Positions 51,800 through 63,948 are shown, counted from the stretch's first letter. The stretch: 64,000 nucleotides of DNA from Schmidtea polychroa (GCA_044892525.1 CM097888.1:49476001-49540000), one strand, 5' to 3'. Numbers and translations are program-made. The notes: generated by a model not told the origin, from the letters alone.

Positions 51800-52040
51800 A
51801 ATAGAGTTACCTTTGACAACTGTCAAGATATTCGCTAGTTTTTCCTTTTCGCCGCTCCAGCCTATTTTCTTTTCGTTCCCTTTATCTCTGACAAGCTGTC
51901 GAGATAAGTACATTATTGTTGTTTCTGTTTTTCCAGATTTTGAAATTCCTTTTCCTTTTGTACTAATTAATTAGTATTGCCCTTTGTTTTTGTTTTCTTG
52001 TCTGATTTCATTTGATTCATTCCTCTTTCTCATTTCCCAT
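51800..52040 (-). repeat. Dispersed repeat, inverted relative to ~61550-61780
   Basis: Shared TAATTAATTAGTA...GAAAAGGAATTTCAAA...AAAACAGAA and TCTYGACAGCTTGTCAGAGATA motifs. Confidence 0.72.
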
Positions 52041-52427
52041 TTCTTTTCATTTCCGTACTCTTCTCCCGTTTGTAGTGACTAAAAACCAAACAAACATACT
52101 TAGAGTTTTATATATAAGATATCCTTATCAATTTAATTTTTTATACGTCGATAAAATGCTAATGAATTTATTATTTTTTTATAATTTTAGGTAATAGACT
52201 TTATTTATTTTTATTTTGATCATGTCATGCCACACAATAGCTTGCTGTCTCCACCTGATATTTCCCGTGGCTCCCAATTGACCAATACTGATCTAAACAA
52301 CCAGTAATCACTGTTAAAGAGATTAATATTTTTTTTATCTATAACACTACTTTTCGACGAGTCTGCTTGGTTTTCTACTAATTCTACTTGGTATTTCCTG
52401 TAATTCTGCCTTTTTTATTCTCTAGAA

Positions 52428-52809
52428 CAGTGTTTGAAAACCATTTGAAGCACACTAAGTAAATTGTAAAATTTACAAACACAACATTTTCAATAAATTA
52501 TGAAGAAAGAAACTTTTGATTTTCACACATTTTTTCAGTGTGAAGGTTAAGTACCAGCAGCAACTTGGAAACGAATTTAAATGAGAAAAGCATTCAGATA
52601 TAATAAAAAGCACAATACGTTGCCAGAATTAATCTAGTACCTCAATTTAAATTTCCGTTAAGTCAACAGTGATATGATGTAATTTTTAAGTAATTAATGA
52701 GTTTTAAAATTTATTCGCAAGAGCTACCCGTGTATTTTCAGAGTTTAAAAACACTAGCAATTTTGAATATTTTTCAAAAATCTCGCGGCGCACAGGTTGG
52801 GAACGACTG
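52428..52809. mobile_element. Old, degenerate hAT-like MITE
   Basis: Ends CAGTGTTTGAAAACC / GGTTGGGAACGACTG; flanks CTCTAGAA / TTTTAGAG (5/8, central TA). Confidence 0.4.
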
Positions 52810-53197
52810 TTTTAGAGTCTATAATTTTCTTCTTGATTCTTGTTTTTGAACTGATAATTGTTAATCTCAAGACATTGATACATTTTTACATATCTTCTCT
52901 TATGACTTTCTTACCTATACTGTATTTATTCAGAATAGATTAGTTTTCAAATTCTGCTATAATAATCCTTTCTTTTGTGTTCTGAACAATAATCCAGCTA
53001 CACTTAACTTCTGTGAATAAAGTTCTAATGTGCTCGCTTTCATAAATATTTTCTAAATATGGATTTAAAATTTTCGAAGTTCCAAATTCTTTATCAATAA
53101 ATTGTGTTGTTTTTTAATTTCTGTGTGTTCATATAGAAATAAAATGAATCACTGATATTTTAAACTTAGTTTTATTAATAACTCTATTATTCTAACC

Positions 53198-53390
53198 CAG
53201 TGGTTCTCAAACTTTTTTGATCACGACCCAAATTTTTGACATTTCATGCCAAAAATTTTATTGCGACCCACATGACAAAGATTAATTTTAAAATAAATGT
53301 TTTTTTAATGAGAATAACTCTATTTAACTCTAGTTATTCTAGTCATCGCGACCCAAAAATAGGTCGCGACCCATAGTTTGAGAAACACTG
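53198..53390. mobile_element. hAT (Buster/Charlie-type) MITE, 193 bp
   Basis: 16-bp TIRs CAGTGGTTCTCAAACT / AGTTTGAGAAACACTG (1 mismatch); perfect TSD TTCTAACC; four CGACCCA subterminal motifs. Confidence 0.93.
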
Positions 53391-53831
53391 TTCTAACCCA
53401 ATATTCACAGCTTGTTGCATAAACTCGTGTTTATTTTCAGCCCTTCTAGAGTTACTACATTATTTCATTTTCAAAAAGAAAACTTTATTACCAAAGTAAA
53501 CATTTAAATACGTAATTTAAACTTATAAACGAATTTTAGTTAAATTATAATTTACCATTTAAAAAAAATATTAAACAATAGGAATTGCTAATTCATAATT
53601 TAGAAAAATTTTATTCAAAAAATAATATTAATTTGATTGCGTATTAAATACATATTGTTTTAATATTTCTATGTTGTATATTCAAGGTCATGGTAATTTA
53701 AATCTAGAAGATAGGAAAATTTTAATTTTAATTCATTTTATTTACATAATTAATTTAACATAGTTATTTGCATTATATTTTTATTGGATCATTTTGAATT
53801 TTAAAATAATTTATGAAGATCGAAAGTAGTA

Positions 53832-54192
53832 ATGGGAAATATATTTAAAAAACCTAAAAAACCCAAAACTCAACAATTGAAACATATCGAATCTTTTCGG
53901 AGTTCAGTCAAAGTATGCGCCATATTTGATTTTACATCAGGCAATCCCGAAGAATTATCGTTTGAAAAAAATGATATTCTTTTCGCCATTGAAAAATCCA
54001 ATCGATTATGGTGGCATGCTCGACATGGAAAATCGAAAAAAACCGGATATATTCCACAAAATTATGTTGTTGAATATGAGCATTGTTATAAATTCCAACC
54101 AGCTTGGCATGATATTACAGATCTCGAAGCCGATCGTAAATTGTTGAAAACCGATCAACAAATTGGAACGTTTATCATTCGTCCTGACAATG
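53832..54192 (+). CDS. Src-family-like protein exon 1: myristoylation motif, SH3, start of SH2
   Basis: MGNIFKKPKKPK (Gly2 plus basic patch); SH3 AIFDF...EELSF...WW...GYIPQNYV; SH2 start AWHDI...GTFIIRP. Phase-1 donor G|GTTAGT at 54193. Confidence 0.9.
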
Positions 54193-56352
54193 GTTAGTGA
54201 GGTTTTGACTTTTCCCCATACATTTTCAAATCAATTCGAAATTTATATTGAAAATTTTAAATTTATTAATTTATTAATTCTTATCAGAAATATTGATTGT
54301 GCATTTATTTATAATTTTTTTTTATTATTTTTTTATTAATAATTTTCTAGTTTTTCTTTAATATATATTTAATTGGAGAAATTATTATTATAAATATCAT
54401 TTTATTGCAATAGTGGATGGGAGGGGTATAATTGGCTGCCTTACCGGGTTGATTCTATGCATAACACGATGAAATTATTATTTCAATTAATTACTCTAAT
54501 GTTACAATTTATTATTTTCTTATAATTTTGTTTTATCATTTATTGCGATTCTTGTTTTCCATCATTCCTGGACAGTGGCGTGAAATATATTAAGCAAAAC
54601 TAGTTCATCTTTTTTAACATTAAAAAGGCGAAGAGACATTTTTTTCTCATACTTTTTTAAATGAATTCTTTTCCTTAGTAAATCATTTCTGTGGTTCAAA
54701 TAAATCTAGATTAAATTACTCATCAACATGCCTTTTTAAAGATAGGACTACGGGGGTTGTGGCTCTCAAATTCTGTATTTTGTCATGCTGAGGCGAATTT
54801 GGAGAGTGAATATGCAGATGAAGCAATATTTTAATTTATGTACTCACTCTTTTTATATCTAACGCGTTATAGTAATAGTAAAACACAGATGTATAAAAAA
54901 TTAAATGAGCCATTTATAATTTGAAAGTCGAAAATTTTTATTTTCTTCTGATATCATTAATAAACACTATTATATAATAAATTTACATTATCTATAACTA
55001 CAAAACACACAAAATATCTCTGTTAGAGCTTATCAATGTATTGGAATCGTTAACTATCTCATTATAACATAAAATGCTCTTGCCCCATTTTCAAAATAAA
55101 TGTCTAATAAGTTTCATAGTGAGAAGGGACTCAGGTTTACGACTTCTGAAATATTACAAATCACTCGGTAAAGATAGAACTTAGTGTCAAAAATTAAAAT
55201 TAATTAAATTGGCATAAACGTATCGTTTCTGACATAAATTTATTAAATAAATTATTTCATTGAACTAAATTTTCTCTTCATGTTTAGTAAATAATAAACT
55301 TGTTCTACACAGCAGTCGAATAAATTTGTTGAATGTGCTGAAGGAAGCATTTAAAAAATATTTATTTTTACAAATTATCAATGTGCAATGAAAAAAAATA
55401 CTTAATGTACTTTTAAATATGAAAATAAATGTAGATATATATTTTAGGAATATATGCTATAAAAGAACTAATAAGAAAGTTCTCTACACTTAAATCAAAG
55501 GCCTGGTAAAATAAATATTATTCATATTAATAAAATGACAAACCTGGCACGCTGACAAATGAAATCCTTGATGCGCCATTTCATTATATCCGGGCTAGAT
55601 TCTATTGGCCGTTATCTAATCCAAATTATCAAATATAAATTCTTTTCAGATTATGTAATAATTATGAATGGATGCAAATTATGTGTCCATTAAAAATCAA
55701 TTTGAAAAACTTGTTATTCCATATTGACAATGAAGAATAATTATGGTCGGCAGAAGAAGAAATGAACAGTCCGGGAAATACGCCTCTTATAAATCGTATA
55801 AATCTTATAAATTTATCATTATCTAAATTGTATAGGAAACTGCCGGAATGGCTTGAAAACCAAACTAAAAATGTGACAATTTAGTTGAAAACGTAAATCT
55901 TTCTTGGGTTATGGATATTATTTTGAGTTTTTACAGAAAAATATTTCGACCAAGAAGCAAATGGACATCGCTCAAACCACTGAGTTGACATTTATTGACT
56001 ATTAACTGCTTGCAACTTACATACCCCTTTAATTTGATTAGACACTTATCTCGGTTAGCCTTCTTTATTCTTAGTAACAACTAACACCAACTGAGTTTCA
56101 ATAGGCAATCAAGGAAAGGTTTTAAGTTAAGTTGATGATCCGGGTTTTTTCTTGATTGCTCTTGATGAAAACCCAATTCTCGAGGAACCCTAAACATATT
56201 TAAGTTATATCACTTTATTACAGTTTGCTTTTTAATTATCATAAAGAAAACACATGTCTACCAGCCTAACTCAAGAGACCCAAATGATAATCCCTTTTAT
56301 TATGTTTATATACTGAAAATCAAGGAGAAAATATAATTTTGAAAAAAAAGTA

Positions 56353-56562
56353 CCGTATATACTCGTGTATAAGCCGAAGTGAGTTTTTATAGTCAATTTT
56401 TTGTCCAAAATCAAGTACCCGTATATAAGCCGAAGTAAAAAAAATAGCTAAAATCTGACGAATTATTTAAATAATCACAAAATCTTGTTTTTGACATGTT
56501 TTTGAAAAAATTAGCTTAAAAAATTGCCCAAAATTTCTCGGCTTATACACGAGTATATACGG
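56353..56562. mobile_element. Tc1/mariner (Tc2/pogo-like) MITE, 210 bp
   Basis: Perfect 25-bp TIRs CCGTATATACTCGTGTATAAGCCGA; TA on both sides; an internal partial TIR copy near 56420. Confidence 0.92.
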
Positions 56563-57431
56563 TATTTATAAAATATTATATTATGAAAAAAATCAAATTT
56601 ATTTTTGTAATTTTTTAACCATTTCGTGATCTGGTACACATATGTAGCATTTAATTTTTGTCAGGACTAAGCGCTTTAAATTGGGTTCGATTTGGTTTAT
56701 ATGCGTAACACAACAAAAGACTAATGATACTGATATATATCCTCATCAACTCCTTGATGTTTCTACCTCATTTTCTAATAAAAAAAGATAATTTTGACTT
56801 ATAAAAACATTAAAAAATATTCCCATGTCCTCTAGAAAAAAATAAGTCGTGAGATGGTTAAATAGAACAATTTCTGTTTTCTTGAACTTTTCTGTCCATT
56901 CTCCATATGACAGCATATCAAATGTTGATAAGCCCCTCAGTTATCTATCCCACAGTGAAATTTGGACCCAGTCCCAATTATTTATACGTTCATTTCATGT
57001 CCTATATACAAATCCAGTAATGAAAATAATTCCGTAACGTGCTTACCGATTACGATAATTGCTTTGTGCATTTTTATGTACCAACGGACTGAATGACAAT
57101 TGTAAAAGATCTAATGAGCTTCTGTTGAGTTGAAATATGAAATTTACTATCTAATTTGCATTATTAAACTGTTTATCTATTGAATAACTGACACAAAATT
57201 CATTAAATTGTAATTAAATTTATGTTTAACCAATATTCAACATTTGCATATTTTCCATCATTATTGTAAGGTGCAGTGCCAAATTATTTTATAATATTTC
57301 TGTAACAATTTTACATTAGAATAACCATTCGAAATCATATTTTCCATTTATTTCAGTACCGAAAACATTAATTCTCATAGAAATATTCAATTACTGTATT
57401 TACTCTTCATTTTCAAGATCAAACATAAAAT

Positions 57432-57454
57432 ATAATAATAATAATAATAATAAT

Positions 57455-57490
<36 letters not shown>

Positions 57491-57510
57491 TATAATAATA
57501 ATAGTAATAA
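57432..57510. repeat. (AAT)n microsatellite
   Basis: Long, nearly perfect AAT run. Confidence 0.95.
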
Positions 57511-57737
57511 GTTTAAAATACTAAAGGTAATCGGATACATTTGTAAACAGTTTCCCCGTATCGTTTAATGTTTTTGTTCGCTGAGGTGATTATGATTTTT
57601 CATACGCCATGTTTACAAGTTTACAGATTTTCTATGACCAAGCTAATAAGCAAGTGATGTGATTTAGAGTTGTATAGAGTTGAATCAGCAATAGTGTATA
57701 CTTACCTGGCGCGAAGAGAACTCTTCGCGTCTCCTGC

Positions 57738-57790
57738 ATAGTACTGATGAGAGCCAAAGCTCGAAACTAGTCTTCTATTGGGATTTGCAC
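57738..57790 (+). ncRNA. Type I hammerhead ribozyme with minimal palindromic helix III
   Basis: Core CTGATGA (57744-57750); helix II GAGC-CAAA-GCTC (57751-57762); GAAA (57763-57766); palindrome ACTAGT (57766-57771); predicted cleavage after GTC (C57772); helix I ATAGTA / TTCTAT with one U-U mismatch. Confidence 0.8.
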
Positions 57791-58039
57791 TGGGTATCAC
57801 AAAGCTTGTCCTGTTTATATTATTCAAATAATAATAATAATAATAAATTTTGCTTTCCTACCAATAAATTTCCCCAGCTCTAATTTACACAGGACAAAAT
57901 GGCAGATAATTTAACCAATCGCTTGAAAAATTTTACTCATTATTTTTGTGCTTTTTATCAGTGAAATGTATGAAAATTGAAAGATTTGATAAATTTTTTA
58001 CTGTCTACAAATCGATAATTGATTATATTAATTATTCAG

Positions 58040-58186
58040 ATAAGCACCAATTGGTGCTGTCTGTGAAATGTGAATGTGGAAAGCCAATAGTGAAGCACTA
58101 CAAAATCAATAACGATTTCAATAGATATTTCATTTATCGCGATAAAACATTCGCTAGTTTGGTTGAGCTTATCAAATATTACACCG
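58040..58186 (+). CDS. Src-family-like protein exon 2: SH2 core
   Basis: Acceptor TTATTCAG|AT matches the phase-1 donor of exon 1, giving IIRPDN-D-KHQLVLSVK...VKHYKI...KTFASLVELIKYYT. 147 bp; donor G|GTAAGA. Confidence 0.88.
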
Positions 58187-58728
58187 GTAAGAATTTATTA
58201 CTTTTTTTTATCTTTTCCATAGATTATATGTCTAGTAGGCCCTAATGATGCCTGATTTATATACGATTCTTATTGGCCAATTCAACTCTGGCCAATAGAA
58301 TATATTCAAATAATGATTGGCACGGTAATTCATTCACAATTCCGCAGGTTTTGGCCTTCTAATTTCTTGTCAACGCAACTGAATTTATAATAAGGCTCTG
58401 TTTTAATTACACCAACCGTAGATGATTGATGTACAATATAGTATAAGAAAATCAATTGAATGATAAAAGCACTATAAATTAAGATATTATTAAAGATATG
58501 AGGAGGATAAATAGGATATAAAATTAGAAAAAGTATATCGATAAACCTGTACTATCATGGCGCGTACGCCTATCATAAAATACGTACATTTTGACTTTTA
58601 ATTCGGCAAGAGTGCAATTATGAATGGTCATGGTTGAATGCCTTTAATATATAAATGTCAACAGCTACCATCGAAAGAATGTGGGAAAGAGACAAAGACA
58701 AGTATTAGCATAAATATTTTTGTTGCTT

Positions 58729-58950
58729 CTAAACAACATTCTGCTGCACATTCACCAAGTTCAGTGAAAGTGTAGTACCAGGCACATAAATTGCTAATTC
58801 ATTTGTTGCTCTAATGCGAGCTTGGGGTCCGGTATAGATGCCAGACATATTAGTTCCATTCTCATATGATTTATCACGACAATAATTCCAATTTCGAAAA
58901 TCTTTCAACCGCCGTTCCGTTTTCTTGCACATATCTTACTGTTATTGTCA
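58729..58950 (-). pseudogene. hAT (ZMYM1-like/Tip100-type) transposase fragment
   Basis: CRDKSYENGTNMSGIYTGPQARI...AIYVPGTTLSLNLV resembles the CRGQxYDxxxNMxG...GVQAxI...AxYVxCxxHxLNL motif. Confidence 0.78.
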
Positions 58951-59049
58951 ATTGATCTACATGGGAAATGTCTTGAGTTGAATCTATTATAATATTATAA
59001 TCTAGTATATTATATATTATAATAATACTCATATTTTTTTCAATTCACA

Positions 59050-59560
59050 GATTATCGAAGTTTGTACATTATTCGTTAACGTTTCAATAAATTCGTCAGA
59101 AATTCTTGCGAATAATTTTGAAACATTTCCTTTACCTTTGTTCCCATAGTCCAAAAGCGCTACTCAAACATGAAATTTGTGTTGTTACTCAGAAGCTTTT
59201 AACGATTACAAAGGGAAGATAAGAAAGCAGTTAGGGAATTTAAACTATAGGATTGTGTCAAATTCATGTAAAGTATGCAATATGTTTATTAATAAGTCAA
59301 AAGCTCCGGTTGAATTGTGTTCTGATCTCGTTTATCAGTTTACATGTAATGAATGTAATTTCACGTACATTGGAGAGGCTTCCCATCATCTCTGTATTCG
59401 TACACGAAAAATTTATTGACCGAAGGCATTGACAAATGTTAGTGAACACAATAAGGGCTGTAAGAGTCTGATTTTAAAATTTTATTAAAAAATTTAAATA
59501 ATTTGTAAGGTGTTATAGATTAAGTCATTGAATCCAAAAATTAATATGCAAAATTCAGTG
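59050..59560 (+). pseudogene. Penelope-like element 3' remnant (GIY-YIG endonuclease)
   Basis: SDLVYQFTCNECNFTYIGEASHHLCIR matches the Penelope VYxFxCxxCxxxYIGxT motif. After a frameshift it continues ...NVSEHNKGC...FKI. Confidence 0.78.
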
Positions 59561-59964
59561 AATACTAACAGTGAATTTTAATATTTTAAAAGTTTATATT
59601 TGATTGCTAAAATTTATAAAAATTATATATTACTTTAATTATAATTTTTAAAGAATTAAATATTTTTATTAAAAATTTAATATAATTATCATAATAAATT
59701 TATTCAAAAATCTATAATTTCTATAGTTATTATATCCTACCTGATGATGACAAGAAAACTGTAGAAATATATCGTGAAACGAATGTTTGAGTGGCGCTTT
59801 CTTATAATTAAATCGCTGCCATGTATGTTTAACTATTTATTCAAAAATTAAATTTTTTAATTATATTACTTTTTTACCATACAACAAATCGGCTTTTTTA
59901 AATTTATTATTCACAGTTCATATAAAAATTCTGATTTTCGTGTCATGCTCATTATATAATTATA

Positions 59965-60257
59965 CCAGCTGGGGTACCCGGCGTTACAATATTTAAAAAA
60001 TAGTAAACAGATTCAAAATAAAGAAATTTAAAAAATACATAAAAATTTAATTAAAAAATAGTGTATGTAATTTATATATCACTTATAATAAAGCTTGTCG
60101 ATAGACTATATTTTTGATCTTTCTTTCTGGTGCAAAAAAACATAGCCTACTACCTGTCCCAGGTCAAATGAGGGTCACATGCAAAATTTCAGCACCCTAG
60201 GTCCAACGGTGGGGAATTCTATGGGTAACAAACAAACTTTCATCTTTATATATTAGA
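59965..60257 (-). mobile_element. Non-autonomous Helitron-like element, 293 bp
   Basis: The minus strand starts A|TCTAATATATAAAGATGAAAGTTTGTTTG and ends GC-rich ...GCCGGGTACCCCAG-CTGG|T: TC...CTRR termini inserted at AT with no TSD. Confidence 0.7.
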
Positions 60258-60516
60258 TATGTTTCTCAGCAAAATGCTTAAATTATGTTTACTAGTTTAA
60301 CAGTTATATGTAGTAATAGTTATTAATTATTAAATTATTAACAAATTAAATTAACAAATTAATTAAAATTAAAAAAAATTATTAAACAAATTAATAATCA
60401 AACTAAAAACTTTGCATATCCAAAATAGAAAAATATAAATTTTAACATTGTTCGATTTTGATACAAGCAGGTCAGAAGAAGGGGGTGCTTTGTATTGATG
60501 GTTTGATTTGTGTGCG

Positions 60517-60590
60517 AGCACACACACGCGGTCACATTGCACACACACACGCGGTCATATTGCACACAAACACGGTCACATTGCACACAG
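60517..60590. repeat. Minisatellite of ~21-bp GCACACACACGCGGTCACATT units
   Basis: Three near-identical tandem units. Confidence 0.85.
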
Positions 60591-61477
60591 TTCGTTTCTG
60601 CACTTTAGTTTTCTGATTGATTTGCATAACACTTGTGTAATTATAAAAACAATATTAATAATAAACAATAAATAATAACAACTTAATTAAAATGAAATAC
60701 AATCAAAACTGGAAAGAATTTTTGAAAATTTATAATTGAATTATGTCTATCATATTTTGCAAAAAATTTGTTTTCTAATCCCTACCGATTTAGGCGATTA
60801 GGGGGAAAATTATGGATAAAATTCACGAGGGAAACCAATTAGCTCAACCAGAATATAATTAAAATTTTATATTTCCTATCTTGCTGGTTTTTATTGTCAA
60901 TTTCACCTTGATCATCTGGAAGATAATTTCTTAGAGATTCGAATCAAATCTCATGAAATTGATTGAAAGAACATATGAAAAGAATTGCTGAATGCACCTT
61001 TGTTTGTTCGGTGGTTAAATCCCAGCAATAACATCAACACCAAAATTTAGTAATTCATCTTATCTATCAGCGGAATCTTTTCGGAATACGTTCAAAACTA
61101 TCTTTTTGTCAAACTGATATTTGAGCGCCCAAATTTTTGTCAAAGTTCTAATTTTACAATTTGCAATATCAGTTGCGGTATGAAAAAGATTTGCTAAGAA
61201 GAAGGGAGTGATAAATACTGAACTTTCAACCTGACATTTCCCAGTGCTTTATATATTTACACTTATATATTTACTGCTTTAAAATGAACCCGAACTTTTC
61301 TAAAATTCAATTGTTGATTTTGCAAAGACGATCAAGCTGTGTCTTAAACATTACATTTCTGTATATTTATCTTTGTTTATATACTCACATACACGTTCTA
61401 ATTCGCGACTTTACTATTGTTGAGAATACCAAAATAGCAAGTAATATAATAAATAAGTAAATGACCTGGGGGAAAAT

Positions 61478-62394
61478 CGTCATGACAAACGGGACGATTT
61501 AGGGGAACTCGGAGAAGGAAACAAAAGTAAAAAGAAATGAAAAAAATGAGAAAAAGAAACCAAACAAAGAAAACAAACAAGAAAGCAAAACTAAGGTCAT
61601 TATTAATTAATTAGTAAAAAGAAGAAAAGGAATTTCAAATTCCAAAAACAGAACAAGAGGAAAAAGGGATATCTTGACAGCTTGTCAGAGATATCGGAAT
61701 TGCCGAGAGGCGGCCTAGCAAAAAAGTAAAACATATCTCGACATTTGTCAGAGATAAAATGGGAACTGTCGGAAAATGCGGGAGAAAGAGAAGCGGGAAA
61801 CATTTGATTATCTCTAGTGCCACAAATGAAACAAGTTATATAAAGAAAAACTGTCGGACACAAAATTCAGACAAAATATCCGACGAAAATTTATTGGAGA
61901 ACGAAACGGAAAACGAGTTAAGAATCTACGACAAAGATGATAAACTAACGGAGAAATTGCGGAAGAAATTTTATAGAAGTTATTGAGACGAGTATTTATT
62001 GGAAAACGATTTGTGGGAGAATAATTTTTAAAGAATAATTGTGAAGAATAATTGTTGGAGAAGATTTGCAGAGAAGAATTAGTTGAAAAATAAACGAAAA
62101 GAAGTAATTGAATATTTGAATAAAGTTGTCGAAGGAAGTCAAAGAAAACAACCAACTCAAAGTCGCAGTCGATAAACTAATCAGTAGTTAGTGATCTTTC
62201 AATCCGATGTTGTACACGATTGCTATTCTTCACTGAGTGTTGCAATAGACATTGTATAGTCACCGAGCAAAGTGTTGAATCAATTGTCAGCGTAAAGTGA
62301 AAATTATTTGTGATTATCAATAAAAATTTCTGTTGTCAAGGGTTATTTGTAGGTCAGTCATTATTATCACCAACCCAATAACCCAACACCATAC
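61478..62394 (+). mobile_element. Possible solo LTR or LTR fragment
   Basis: Purine-rich 5' part, AATAAA near the 3' end, ends ...CCATACA. The 5' end (CGTCATG) lacks a clean TG and the TSD is ambiguous. The 5' part matches the repeat at 51800-52040. Confidence 0.35.
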
Positions 62395-63948
62395 AGGAAA
62401 TTATTATTTCAAAGGAAAAAAATATTTATTATATGATGGACTAAAACCAAAGTATTATGACTAAAAAATAACATCAAACTTTGAAGCATAAACAACTAAA
62501 GATTTCTCTCATAGTTTCATGTAACAACACCTTTTATAATTAAAAATATAAATAAATCTTATAATATAGGTAGCAAACCGATTTGCCTGTGTGTTGAAAG
62601 TCTTGCTACATTGAATAAGTGGATTATAGATTTCTAACTTTGTCAGAGAAATAAATTTTCTCACATCATAAAATTACAATTATAAAAAAAATGCTACCAA
62701 ACTAATAATCATAAAAGTCTTTAGCGTTTGATAGCATCCGAATAAGTTTTTTGGGAACAACTTATTTTTTAAAATAATGAATCTTGAAGTTCGTATTTGC
62801 CCACCCCCTCAAATAAATTATAGATTATCAAATATAAATTAGGGATGAGATATTTTAATAAAACCTTTATTTTGGTTTTGTTATGAGAATTGTATGAGAA
62901 TAAACAAAAACAATATATATTTTTAGTTAAGTCTTCAAATCCAAGACATTACAATAAGTCCGGATGAAATACTTTCTGAATTAATGAAGGGATAAGGACG
63001 AATTAATATTATATTGTAATATATTCTATGTAATATACATTGTTAATAATTAATAATAAATTTATTAATTATCTTAAAATATTTTTTTTTATTATTCCGT
63101 GTCATTTCCGTGTCTCGATGAATTGTAATAATTAATAATTTTGTCCCCCCTAAGCTGAAATCCTGGCTACGTTCCTGAAAAATGCAATAGAAAAAAATGA
63201 ATGTAACGACTAAGTTTTAATTGATGTCGCTTTCTGGCAATAAACGCAATCACCGATGAAAATATTTTTGATATCATCTTTATGCTCAATTGGCAGTGAT
63301 GCTTCAATGATTCTGGTTGCAATTTCTTTTATCAATCCTGTCTTAATAAAACTCTTAAACTTTCTAGTTTGTCCTTTGATTGAATTAGGAAAATTATTTA
63401 CTAACCATCTGAAACTATCATCATTAACTCTATATTAACTCTTATAACTGTAAGTCAAAATATGTTTTAAAATTTTTTAATTGCGAAGGACATAGAAATA
63501 TTACCATGAACAGTACGTAACCCCAAGATTACTAGTATATGATGGGCTACAATCAAACTTGGAGATATAAACAAAGAAGATGCATTAATTTCTCTCATCA
63601 TATTTAAAACCATTTTTAGCGTAAAAAATTCGGAAAATATTTTTGAATTTGCTTATATGAATGTAGAACATTGTCAAAAAATAGATAGCAGATTTCTTCC
63701 TACATTCGATTCCCTTCTACTTCGGCGCGGAATCAAATTTGAAGAGGAATTAACTGGGTATCCACCGTAAAAGGGTTAAATGGTAAACAAACCAATCACA
63801 TGGATTAATGTCATTCATTTTATCACCCCTATAAGTCTCTGCCCATAGAACACAACTGAACCTTTGATATAGAAGTCACATTGAATAATCAATGATTAAA
63901 TAAAGCAGAATGTTGCCTATTTATTTTTATCTTATTTCTTGTTTTTAG

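Noticed and set aside
55448-55505. Extra small exon in intron 1 of the Src-like gene (TTTTAG|...|GTAAAA)
   Set aside because: 58 bp would shift the frame, and exons 1 and 2 already join into a normal SH2.
57698-57860. A true U1 snRNA gene
   Set aside because: Only the first ~13 nt and a TTGCAC match. There is no GATCACGAAG loop I, no Sm site and no stem-loop IV, and a hammerhead core occupies the body.
59741-59790. A second active hammerhead
   Set aside because: The core words are present, but helix I and helix II do not pair properly. Treated as decayed.
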